Translations under genes and position numbers: made by a program | IMG/VR virus record: IMGVR_UViG_3300020205_001800 | Span: 1-64,000 of that record | Reading direction: 5' to 3' (one strand) | DNA: 64,000 bases | Source: a virus | Shown: piece by piece, positions 10,827 through 18,988 of the stretch | Layout of the letters: each line of letters opens with the position of its first letter | How positions within the stretch are numbered: the stretch's first letter is position 1 | Notes under the pieces: model-generated | The model's input: only the letters and a program-made list of their open reading frames with translations | Told to the model about the DNA's origin: nothing | Database searches by the model: none

Positions 10827-11501
10827 ATGAAACGAGTACTAATCGCAACCGCTTCACAAACCCCTTACGTATCTGCATTTTTTAGCAAAGCGTTGGCGGA
10901 AACATTTGCGGAGGGAAATAAAAAGGATATTGAGTTCCTCTTTTATTGGTCTCCAGATGAGCTTGGTTTTAAAAATGATGCGGTTGAGATGGCTATTAAA
11001 GAACAACTAGATAGCGTAGTGTTTATCAAACCTCATATCCAGTGGGTTGCAAGTGATCTAGTATCTATTGTAGAAAACGAGTCTCTAATCGAAGGAGTTC
11101 CTACAAAGAACCACTACTCGCCTACTCACTCTTACAAGGCGCTGTTGAACAATCCTTCAGAAGATGGTCCAATTTCTGCAAAGATTATGGATCTAGACAT
11201 GGTTAAGATTAAGGTTGAGGTCTTTGAAAGAATTAGGGATTTTGTTATTACAGTAAATCTCCAGGATAAAGAAGTTATTGAGCAAGTTCCGCTGTACTTC
11301 TATGCCACTACCGACGAGAATGGTCCAGTAACCCAGGATGTAAACTTCTGTTTAGCGGTAGAAAAAGCTGAAATCCCTATCGAAGTAAACATGGGTATGG
11401 CTATATGGGAGCATGTAGGTATGCCTACCAGGACGGCTATTGGGGACGATATCCGAGCCTCTGCTGTTCACAAGGGTTTTAGAGAAGCTGAAAGTGCTTA
11501 A
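10827..11501 (+). CDS. GT-A/GT2-like glycosyltransferase homologue with degenerate catalytic motifs
   Basis: MKRVLIAT start; VVFIKPHIQW sits where FIDxD is expected and QDVNFC where EDxxFC is expected; terminal H(V)G motif. Confidence 0.6.
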   Translation: MKRVLIATASQTPYVSAFFSKALAETFAEGNKKDIEFLFYWSPDELGFKNDAVEMAIKEQLDSVVFIKPHIQWVASDLVSIVENESLIEGVPTKNHYSPTHSYKALLNNPSEDGPISAKIMDLDMVKIKVEVFERIRDFVITVNLQDKEVIEQVPLYFYATTDENGPVTQDVNFCLAVEKAEIPIEVNMGMAIWEHVGMPTRTAIGDDIRASAVHKGFREAESA

Positions 11502-11541
11502 AGCCGTATAGTTTGGTAAAACTAACCTATACTTAATTACT

Positions 11542-11904
11542 ATGCCTATAGACTTTCCAAATAGCCCTACAGTAAACCAACAGTTTACTGCTGGAGATAC
11601 TACGTGGTACTGGACTGGTGCAGTCTGGCGTTTACTTATCTCCGAAGGTGTTCAAGGAGATCTAGGCCCAACCGGGCCCACAGGACCTTTAGGACCTACT
11701 GGTCCGACAGGTGCAGTATCTACTGTTCCAGGACCTACCGGCCCTACAGGACCTACAGGACCTACAGGAGCGGTATCAACTGTTCCTGGCCCTACTGGTG
11801 CCACAGGACCAACAGGTCCAGAAAACGACAACCTTGACGGTGGAGTTGCTAACACTGTTTATGGTGGCGGTATAACTATTAACGCAGGAAACGTGAACGG
11901 ATAA
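11542..11904 (+). CDS. Short collagen-like virion protein
   Basis: [20 protein letters not shown]-terminal module, GPT repeats and LDGG C-terminal motif. Confidence 0.85.
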   Translation: MPIDFPNSPTVNQQFTAGDTTWYWTGAVWRLLISEGVQGDLGPTGPTGPLGPTGPTGAVSTVPGPTGPTGPTGPTGAVSTVPGPTGATGPTGPENDNLDGGVANTVYGGGITINAGNVNG

Positions 11905-11907
11905 AAC

Positions 11908-13650
11908 ATGGCAGTTAAAATTCAGTTTAGACGCGACACTGCTTCAGCATGGTCGACTGTTAATCCAATCCTTTCTCAAGGAGAAGCTGGGTATGAATTT
12001 GATACCGGACGCTTTAAAGTTGGTAACGGTTTATCTCCGTGGAACTCACTTCCATATTCTTCTGGTGTAACGGGCCCTACTGGTCCCCTTGGACCAACTG
12101 GTGCACAATCAACTGTCACAGGTCCTACGGGTCCTACAGGAGCAACTGGCCCAACAGGCCCATCTATTACTGGACCAACAGGCGCGGCATCTTTAGTTAC
12201 TGGGCCAACAGGACCACAAGGTGTAACCGGTCCAACAGGACCGACTGGACCTACAGGAGCAACTGGTGCAGCATCTACAGTAACTGGGCCAACCGGAGCT
12301 ACCGGCGCTACTGGTCCACAAGGAACATCAATTAGTTTTAAGGGAAGTGTTGCAGCTGTTGTAAATTTGCCTGTTGGAAGTAACGTCGTTAACGATGCTT
12401 ATGTTGTCGATGCAGATGGAAATCTGTATGTTTGGAATGGCGGAGTCTGGCAAGACGTCGGACAAATTGTTGGGCCAGAGGGCCCAATAGGCGCTACAGG
12501 TGCTACCGGAGCGGACTCTACAGTAACTGGACCCACAGGCCCTTCTGGAGTTATCTCTGTAACAGGACCGGTCACAAATACTGGAACATCTACAGCAGCA
12601 ATTCTTAATATTGATCAATCAACCATTTCTATTGCTAACACTCAGGTAACCGGCCTTGGCACAGCCTCCGTAAAAGACGTCCCTGCAACTGGAGACGCAA
12701 CTGCTTCACAGGTAGTCTACGGAACTGACACTCGCCTTGCTGACACCCGTACCCCATCAGATCTTTCAGTAACAACTGGAAAAATTGTTGACGCAAACGT
12801 TACTGAAGCAAAGCTTGCCTCAGACTCTGTTACTACTGTAAAGATTACCGACGCTAACGTTACTACCGCCAAATTAGCTGCAGATGCAGTAACTACCGCT
12901 AAGATCACTGACGCTAACGTAACCACAGCTAAGTTGGCTGCAGACGCTGTGACCACTGTAAAAATTACTGATGCTAACGTTACTACAGCTAAACTAGCTG
13001 CAGACTCCGTTACAACATCTAAGATTACAGATCTTAACGTTACTACAGCTAAGATTGCAGACGGGGCAGTTACAGCAGCTAAACTTAACGGAAACGCTTT
13101 CTTAAACCTTGCTGGAAACCTAAACCAGTCCCTTTCTGTAGTGGATGTAACACCTCGCTCTGGTAATAGCAGCGCATCGCTATCTAGCGGAAACGTTTAC
13201 TTTACGTTCTTTACCCCAATGTGGTCAGCAGAAGTAAACTCAATTAGCGTATCTTCCGCCTCAGTTCTTACCTCAGGAGTCTCTTTAATTAGATTCGGGT
13301 TGTACACATTTAATGATGCTACTGGAGCGGCTACTCTTGTAGCTAGAACTTCTGCTTCTACATCAATCTTTGCTTCTGCAAATACACTAGCTACCTTGGT
13401 ATTTAATACTACGGGCGGTTATCCAGCTACATACACCCTCGCTCCAGGAGTAAGATATGCTCTAGGAGTGATCATAGTTGCCTCTAACCCAGGAAGCGTC
13501 TACACCGCATACAACTCTCAACCTCTAGTACTTAGCTCACTATCTCCAAGAACTACGGGCGTAGTTGGTGCACAGACCGATTTGCCAGCAACCACTACAG
13601 TATCCACTGCAACAAGCGTTGCCGTGTGGGGAAGGTTTAGTACATCATGA
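11908..13650 (+). CDS. Collagen-like tail fibre with Mtd/hyaluronidase-type N-terminal domain
   Basis: [11 protein letters not shown]...[24 protein letters not shown]-terminus, Gly-X-Y runs, knuckle domain, VTTAK repeats and a C-terminal beta domain. Confidence 0.85.
   Translation: MAVKIQFRRDTASAWSTVNPILSQGEAGYEFDTGRFKVGNGLSPWNSLPYSSGVTGPTGPLGPTGAQSTVTGPTGPTGATGPTGPSITGPTGAASLVTGPTGPQGVTGPTGPTGPTGATGAASTVTGPTGATGATGPQGTSISFKGSVAAVVNLPVGSNVVNDAYVVDADGNLYVWNGGVWQDVGQIVGPEGPIGATGATGADSTVTGPTGPSGVISVTGPVTNTGTSTAAILNIDQSTISIANTQVTGLGTASVKDVPATGDATASQVVYGTDTRLADTRTPSDLSVTTGKIVDANVTEAKLASDSVTTVKITDANVTTAKLAADAVTTAKITDANVTTAKLAADAVTTVKITDANVTTAKLAADSVTTSKITDLNVTTAKIADGAVTAAKLNGNAFLNLAGNLNQSLSVVDVTPRSGNSSASLSSGNVYFTFFTPMWSAEVNSISVSSASVLTSGVSLIRFGLYTFNDATGAATLVARTSASTSIFASANTLATLVFNTTGGYPATYTLAPGVRYALGVIIVASNPGSVYTAYNSQPLVLSSLSPRTTGVVGAQTDLPATTTVSTATSVAVWGRFSTS
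12769..13086 (+). repeat. About eleven 30-nt (10-aa) tandem repeats, VTTAK(I/L)(TDAN/AADA)
   Basis: Alternating [10 protein letters not shown] / [10 protein letters not shown] units are visible in the translation. Confidence 0.85.
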
Positions 13651-13760
13651 GTGAGACAAGAGTAAGCCTCGGCTTAAACAACGACGGATCAGAATCCTTT
13701 GAAATCAAAGATGATTCTGGCAATGTGATAGGATTTGAAACAGTATTCCCTGCTGAATAA
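13647..13760 (+). CDS. Small hypothetical protein (37 aa, [14 protein letters not shown]...)
   Basis: ATGA overlap with the fibre stop codon; fills the gap. Not in the ORF track. Confidence 0.6.
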   Translation: MSETRVSLGLNNDGSESFEIKDDSGNVIGFETVFPAE

Positions 13761-13771
13761 ATCGGAGCATT

Positions 13772-14824
13772 ATGAAGGTAGCTGTCTACGCGATAGCGTT
13801 GAACGAAGAACAATTTGTAAAGGCTTGGTATGAATCCGCTAAAGAAGCTGACTACCTACTTATTGCTGACACTGGTTCTACTGATGGCACTGTTGCCCTT
13901 GCTAAAAGTCTTGGGATAAATGTAGTTGAAGTTTCAATTAAACCGTGGAGATTTGATGATGCTCGTAATGCTAGCCTCGCTTCTATCCCTGGGGATATTG
14001 ATTACTGCATTGCTCTGGATCTCGACGAAGTTTTAATACCTGGGTGGCGTGAACACCTAGAAACAGTCCCAACACAAACAACCAGACCCCGATACAAGTA
14101 CACGTGGAGCTGGGCTCCCGATGGTTCTCCAGGGCTTCAATACGGCGGGGATAAGATTCATTCTAGGCACGGATACCGTTGGAAGCACCCGGTACACGAA
14201 GTTTTAACCTGTGACCGCATAGAGCAAGTAGAGCACTGGGTTGACTTAGAAATCCACCATCATCCAGATAACTCTAAGCCTAGATCTCAATACATGCCGT
14301 TGCTAGCTCAGTCTGTAAAGGAAGATCCTTACGACGATCGTAATGCTTTCTATTACGCAAGAGAATTGTTTTTCTATGCCCAGTATGAGCAATCTACGGA
14401 AGAGTTTAAAAGGCACCTTTCTCTACCCAAAGCTTTGTGGCGTCCTGAGCGTGCAGCCTCTATGAGGTATATTGCTAAAATGGAAGATGATTTTCAAATT
14501 GCTTGGGATTGGTTAGTTAAGGCACACCAAGAAGATCCGGGAAGAAGAGAGCCTTTAGTAGACGCAGCTAAACTGCTATACGAAAATAAGTCTTGGACAG
14601 CTTGCCTACAAGCTGCAGAGAAAGCTATTGCTATAACTGAAAAACCTTTGGACTATCTATGTGAAGAGTTCGCCTGGAGCTCCGCACCCTGGGACTACGC
14701 AGCTATAGCTGCTTATAACCTGGGAAAGTTTGAGCTAGCCCTGACTTACGGAACCAAAGCGGTAGAATTGAACCCGAACGACCCCCGTCTTATAGCTAAC
14801 CTATCTTTCTACTCAAAGGAGTAA
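13772..14824 (+). CDS. GT2 glycosyltransferase with C-terminal TPR repeats
   Basis: YAIALNEE, ADTGSTDGT, FDDARNASL, LDLDE (DxD) and W..PVHE motifs; TPR-like helices (YYAREL, AVELNPND). Confidence 0.92.
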   Translation: MKVAVYAIALNEEQFVKAWYESAKEADYLLIADTGSTDGTVALAKSLGINVVEVSIKPWRFDDARNASLASIPGDIDYCIALDLDEVLIPGWREHLETVPTQTTRPRYKYTWSWAPDGSPGLQYGGDKIHSRHGYRWKHPVHEVLTCDRIEQVEHWVDLEIHHHPDNSKPRSQYMPLLAQSVKEDPYDDRNAFYYARELFFYAQYEQSTEEFKRHLSLPKALWRPERAASMRYIAKMEDDFQIAWDWLVKAHQEDPGRREPLVDAAKLLYENKSWTACLQAAEKAIAITEKPLDYLCEEFAWSSAPWDYAAIAAYNLGKFELALTYGTKAVELNPNDPRLIANLSFYSKE

Positions 14825-14828
14825 TTCC

Positions 14829-15164
14829 TTGGCCACAACAACATATAAAATTCTAGGACAGATTGCCCCAGCGGCCAACGTCTCCGGCGGAACTACGCTA
14901 TATGCTCCTACAGGCGCATCTGCAGTTGTCTCTACCCTAGCTATTTGTAACCGAGCTTCAACAGCAGCTACCTACCGTATTGCTGTTCGCCAAGCTGGCG
15001 CTGCTCTTACAGATAAGCAGTACCTTTTCTATGACGCTACTGTTCCTGCTTTTACAACTAATACACACACCCTTGGTTTGACCCTAGCTAACACTGACGT
15101 TATTACGGCAGTGGCATCTACAGCAAACCTCACTTTTCAGGCCTTTGGATCTGAGGTAGCGTAA
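14829..15164 (+). CDS. Small beta-sandwich virion protein (paralogue of 7317)
   Basis: TTG start after AAGGAG; LYAP..SAVVSTLAICN...FQAFGSEV. Confidence 0.75.
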   Translation: MATTTYKILGQIAPAANVSGGTTLYAPTGASAVVSTLAICNRASTAATYRIAVRQAGAALTDKQYLFYDATVPAFTTNTHTLGLTLANTDVITAVASTANLTFQAFGSEVA

Positions 15165-15733
15165 TGGCGTCCGCAAGTAATGGCCAACCAGTTAGCGCCA
15201 TAAACTTTACGGACAACCTTCCAGGTAACCGTATCTTTATTGGTGCAACGGCCCCCTCATACCCAACCAACGGCGACGTATGGCTTGACTCAGATATCTA
15301 TAACAACGCGGGTCAAAACCTTATCTCTACTGTGACTTTATCTGGATCTTCTAAGGACATTTCAGTCCTATCTTTATACAAAAATATGAAGATAGTATTC
15401 CGTGGGGTTCAACCTTCCGCTACAGCTGACGTAAAGATTACGGTAAACGACGACATTGTTAACTACGCTTCGGGTACTTCGCTGTTTACCCTTCCAAATT
15501 TTAAAACTGGCGTAACTACTAATCATATGGTTCTAGACCTTTTAGATACTCAAGATACCTCAAGCTTTGAGTTTGGAAGCTTGCAAGGCGTGTATACAAA
15601 TTCGTCTAATGCTGTAACCGTTATTAATAGCGTGGGTGTTTATACACAAGCTGCTGCTCTAAACAAAATCACTATTTCGTTGTCTACCGGAACATTTTCC
15701 GGAGGCACTGCCCTAGTATACGGAGTTAACTAA
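15164..15733 (+). CDS. Virion fibre protein
   Basis: GATAPS.P.NGDVWLD module and C-terminal ITI....GTF.GGTALVYGV motif; TAATG coupling. Confidence 0.7.
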   Translation: MASASNGQPVSAINFTDNLPGNRIFIGATAPSYPTNGDVWLDSDIYNNAGQNLISTVTLSGSSKDISVLSLYKNMKIVFRGVQPSATADVKITVNDDIVNYASGTSLFTLPNFKTGVTTNHMVLDLLDTQDTSSFEFGSLQGVYTNSSNAVTVINSVGVYTQAAALNKITISLSTGTFSGGTALVYGVN

Positions 15734-15963
15734 TGGGACTTAAAAGATATAATTCAGGAAACTCTGAGTGGGAAGCTTTTGGAACCCCACAGCTAAACCC
15801 TGCAAGCTTGGGTATTACAACAACCGCTATTAACGCTGTTGATAAAACCAACGGATTTGTGACAACTGCGTCTACATCTTCAGGAGTTGTACGTAACATT
15901 TTTGTTAGTACTAACGATCCTTCTGGTGGAGTTGACGGGGACATCTGGGTTAAGTATATCTAA
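15733..15963 (+). CDS. Small virion protein
   Basis: RNIFVST.DPSGG.DGDIWVKY motif; TAATG coupling on both sides. Confidence 0.75.
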   Translation: MGLKRYNSGNSEWEAFGTPQLNPASLGITTTAINAVDKTNGFVTTASTSSGVVRNIFVSTNDPSGGVDGDIWVKYI

Positions 15964-17162
15964 TGCCAGGTCAAGTCAAGGTTGGTGGTTCCTGGAAGTC
16001 TGCCTCAGGTCTTTCTGTAAAGGTAGGCGGCCAATGGAAAACTGGTACTTCCGCGTTTGTTAAAGTGGGAGGTGTTTGGAAGCAATGGTTTGCTTCTGTA
16101 ATCACTGATACTTTTGCACGCGACAGTACTGTTACCGGCCTAGGTACATCAGAGACCGGACAACCTTGGGCCTCTCTTAAAGGTAACTGGCGTGTAAGTG
16201 GGTCTCAAACTGCGCTCTCAGACGATGCCGGCTCAGTGTATGCCCTATCTTCAGTAAACTTTGGTAGCCCCGACTCAACAGTGCAAGCTTCAGTATCTCC
16301 TGGAATAGGAACTGCTTTTTGGGTAACGGATGCTAACAACTGGTGGGCTGCTGTTTCCTATACCACTTCAACATCGGCCTTTGTACCTATTACCTATCCT
16401 TGCCAAGAGTGCGTACAAACAAGCTGTACAGGTTGTTCTAGCTACACATGTTCCTGTAACAATGGTTCTGCTCCTACATATACCTGTCCTTGCGGAAACG
16501 GTTCACCAGGACAAGCCGCTACTCCAGGATCCGCAGACACAATGAACTGTCTCTGTCCTACCTCTACCGCACACCAAGTTCAGTGCGGATCAACATGTAC
16601 CTCTTGTTCTGGTCTTTGTCCTAATGGCGGTCCAGCAGGGTGCACAGGCTGTCTTAATACTGCCCCAGAAAGAACTTGCTTTGGTAACTGTTACTACAGA
16701 GACTCAAACTGTGCTTGTAACAACGCACAACCCGGAAGCCCATATATTGCACCTGTTGCAGATACTATGAACTGCTCTTGTAACAATGGCGGCCAACCCA
16801 CCTACAACTGCTGCTGTGGATATAGCTACCCTTGTCAACAATGCTATACAACGACGTGCCAAGGTACTCAAGAAGTCATAACTTACTATTACTGGCTACG
16901 ACTTATATCTTCAGTTAATGGGACAATAAGCACTCCAATCTCAGACGTTTCTTTAAGCTCCAGCCCAGCTGCAATACGAGTAACCACACTCGGCAATACA
17001 ATAACCGCTAGAGCGTACTCCAACACAAACTACACTACCCAGCTTGGTTCTACCATGACTCATACCCCAGGATCGCCTGTAAAAGGACCTTCTGTTGGTA
17101 TACTAAAGTCACCGTCTACACAACAAGGCTCAACTGTCGACTTATTCTCGACAACGATATAG
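15963..17162 (+). CDS. Virion appendage protein: VKVGG.WK N-terminal repeats and a beta-sandwich carrying a 28-Cys insert
   Basis: Three (V)KVGGxWK repeats. All 28 Cys lie in residues 147-299, flanked by Cys-free beta-rich sequence. Confidence 0.8.
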   Translation: MPGQVKVGGSWKSASGLSVKVGGQWKTGTSAFVKVGGVWKQWFASVITDTFARDSTVTGLGTSETGQPWASLKGNWRVSGSQTALSDDAGSVYALSSVNFGSPDSTVQASVSPGIGTAFWVTDANNWWAAVSYTTSTSAFVPITYPCQECVQTSCTGCSSYTCSCNNGSAPTYTCPCGNGSPGQAATPGSADTMNCLCPTSTAHQVQCGSTCTSCSGLCPNGGPAGCTGCLNTAPERTCFGNCYYRDSNCACNNAQPGSPYIAPVADTMNCSCNNGGQPTYNCCCGYSYPCQQCYTTTCQGTQEVITYYYWLRLISSVNGTISTPISDVSLSSSPAAIRVTTLGNTITARAYSNTNYTTQLGSTMTHTPGSPVKGPSVGILKSPSTQQGSTVDLFSTTI

Positions 17163-17172
17163 GAGAAATAGT

Positions 17173-17418
17173 ATGGCAAAAGATCCGTTTTCACGTCCGG
17201 CACGACCTTGGGATTTGTTTAATAAGAATCTAGGTCGAGTTGGGGAAACTATTGCCGAAGACCGCTTAGCTATTTGTAAGGCGTGCCCCAAGCTACTCCC
17301 TACAGGAAACTGCTCTGAGTGCGGATGCTTTATGTCTCAAAAAGTAAAGTTACCTAATGCGGAGTGCCCACTAGGTAAATGGGGCCACGTAGAAGTTACA
17401 TTTAAGGAGGAAAATTAA
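17173..17418 (+). CDS. Small Cys-rich metal-binding protein (DUF6171-like)
   Basis: RLAICKACP...CSECGCFM..K......CPLGKW pattern; AGGAG RBS. Confidence 0.7.
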   Translation: MAKDPFSRPARPWDLFNKNLGRVGETIAEDRLAICKACPKLLPTGNCSECGCFMSQKVKLPNAECPLGKWGHVEVTFKEEN

Positions 17419-17636
17419 TGAGTCTTAATAGCAAAAATAACCTACCACCAGTTAAACTAGCTTTTGTAATTGATGGTAAAATTGTAGAAACTTTTTATTC
17501 AGATCATCGTTTTGCAGCTATTCTTCTAAGCGACCCGATTGTTGTAGACGTTACTGAGATGCCAAGCCACCTAAGTTACGGATACGACTACCACTCTGAA
17601 ACGGGAACATTTACCCCACCTGACAAAGGACACTAA
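17418..17636 (+). CDS. Small hypothetical protein (possible fibre chaperone)
   Basis: AAGGAGG RBS, TAATG coupling; LAFVIDG.IV...GYDY...GTFTPP. Confidence 0.7.
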   Translation: MSLNSKNNLPPVKLAFVIDGKIVETFYSDHRFAAILLSDPIVVDVTEMPSHLSYGYDYHSETGTFTPPDKGH

Positions 17637-18250
17637 TGCGCGGCGAGTACCCTGTAGGGCGATTCAACATTAACCATGAGCGCCAATCTATTATCGGCGG
17701 TACTACCAAAGACGTCGTACGCATGGTTGGGTACCAAATTGAATGGTGGCTCTATAGATCCGACCTGACTACCGTTGACGATATCTACGACGTAGGTAAC
17801 AACAGCGGCGGACGTATCTGGGACGGCCCGCACCACATTGATGTTATTAACGCAAGACTTACTCAAGGCGTAACAATGCAAAATGAGATGGGTGCCTATA
17901 ACACTGACGTCTTGGATATTACTATCAACATGGACGTTATTGATGGTTCCAGCCTATCTGGTGGGGAATCCCTACCAATCCCAGAGTTGCGGTATTTGCC
18001 CTCTAACCCCGACGCCTATCTACGCGATAGGATTGTCTTTAAGAACCAAGTCTTTAGGCCCCAGCAAATTCTGCCTAAAGGAATCATTACAAACGACTAT
18101 ACTCTTTTTGGCATTCAATGTGTTCAAGTTAACCCAGAAGAATTGGTTAATGACCCACAATTTAGTGCCTATGCTAACTACAGCTCTTTTGGGGGCCGCA
18201 ACGTCTATGCGTTTGGTGAATCCCGTGAGGGCACCCCACCAACTAACTAA
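17636..18250 (+). CDS. Head closure/neck protein
   Basis: Position before the tail terminator and sheath; DDIYDVG and DRIVFKNQVF motifs. Confidence 0.55.
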   Translation: MRGEYPVGRFNINHERQSIIGGTTKDVVRMVGYQIEWWLYRSDLTTVDDIYDVGNNSGGRIWDGPHHIDVINARLTQGVTMQNEMGAYNTDVLDITINMDVIDGSSLSGGESLPIPELRYLPSNPDAYLRDRIVFKNQVFRPQQILPKGIITNDYTLFGIQCVQVNPEELVNDPQFSAYANYSSFGGRNVYAFGESREGTPPTN

Positions 18251-18259
18251 GGAGAAAAT

Positions 18260-18400
18260 ATGTGCGCTACCTGTGGCTGTGGAATGCCTAAGAATAAGCA
18301 TGGCCAGAAGACCCTAGCTAAGGCCAATAAGAAATTTGATAAGAAAAAGCCCTGTACCTGCGGCACATGTAAGTCGTGTAAAGCAAAGAAAAAGAAGTAA
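18260..18400 (+). CDS. 46-aa Cys/Lys-rich metallothionein-like peptide
   Basis: AAGGAG RBS; MCATCGCGMPKNKHGQKTLAKANKKFDKKKPCTCGTCKSCKAKKKK; immediately followed by a terminator. Not in the ORF track. Confidence 0.75.
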   Translation: MCATCGCGMPKNKHGQKTLAKANKKFDKKKPCTCGTCKSCKAKKKK

Positions 18401-18406
18401 CGACTT

Positions 18407-18436
18407 AGCCCCCGAAAGGGGGCTTTTTCGTTTATT
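18407..18436 (+). terminator. Rho-independent terminator
   Basis: AGCCCCC-GAAA-GGGGGCT followed by TTTTCGTTT. Confidence 0.88.
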
Positions 18437-18504
18437 CTTGTTTTTGACGCCGGAGCAATCCGGAACCCTGCAGCTTAACCCTTAACCTCTCTGGAGGATT
18501 TATA

Positions 18505-18678
18505 ATGGCTATTTACCTCATAGATCGCCTCGCTCGGCTTGAAACTGAAGCTGACCGTGAGCAGTTCCTTCGTGGTGCCTTAGGTTTAGACAAATTCCAT
18601 GCCGGCTCTTTAGTAGCTGGTTGGCTTGCGGGAAGTCTACTTACTAACGCGTCGCGGAGCATACGTGAGAATCGCTGA
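18505..18678 (+). CDS. Small hypothetical protein (57 aa, MAIYLIDRLARLETEADREQFLRG...)
   Basis: GGAGG RBS 6 nt upstream; overlaps the next gene. Not in the ORF track. Confidence 0.65.
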   Translation: MAIYLIDRLARLETEADREQFLRGALGLDKFHAGSLVAGWLAGSLLTNASRSIRENR

Positions 18679-18988
18679 GATATTAGAAGCTGCTGGTAAG
18701 CAGGGCGTTGCATTTGAAGCTGAGCAACTCTCAGCAGAGTTACAGCAATACGCACGAGCCGCAGGCTGGCCGGAAAACATCTGTACTCAACTACGCATTC
18801 GTCAAGAAGACGGAGAGTACATTGCGTCATTCCCAACAAACATTACTGACCAAGTAAACGACCTTGAGTACGGTACCCAAGACTCGGCACCTAGCCCAGT
18901 CATTAGGACTTTTTTAACTACTCAAATTAAAACCCACCACTTTGAGCGTGGGATTTCCGATAGCTTAAAAGAGTCGGGGGTTGAGTAA
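18665..18988 (+). CDS. Neck/tail completion protein (HK97 gp10-like); GTG start at 18665 preferred
   Basis: LEYGT....PSPVIR motif; GGAG precedes the GTG; position before the tail terminator. Confidence 0.6.
   Translation: MRIAEILEAAGKQGVAFEAEQLSAELQQYARAAGWPENICTQLRIRQEDGEYIASFPTNITDQVNDLEYGTQDSAPSPVIRTFLTTQIKTHHFERGISDSLKESGVE

Noticed and set aside
2669-12618. Many antisense and alternate-frame ORFs over the collagen genes
   Set aside because: They are shadows of Gly-Pro-Thr codon repeats, have no RBS and lie wholly within well-supported + strand genes.
16401-16859. RiPP (ranthipeptide/lanthipeptide) precursor interpretation of the Cys-rich segment
   Set aside because: It is embedded in a 399-aa structural-type protein, and no radical SAM or Lan enzyme is in the window.
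15963-17162. Diversity-generating retroelement acting on the Cys-rich or Mtd-like fibres
   Set aside because: No reverse transcriptase and no TR/VR pair differing only at adenines was seen; the internal similarities are short and protein-level.
17883-18317. 144-aa alternate-frame ORF
   Set aside because: It overlaps the neck gene and the RBS-supported 46-aa Cys peptide, and has no RBS or recognisable motif.
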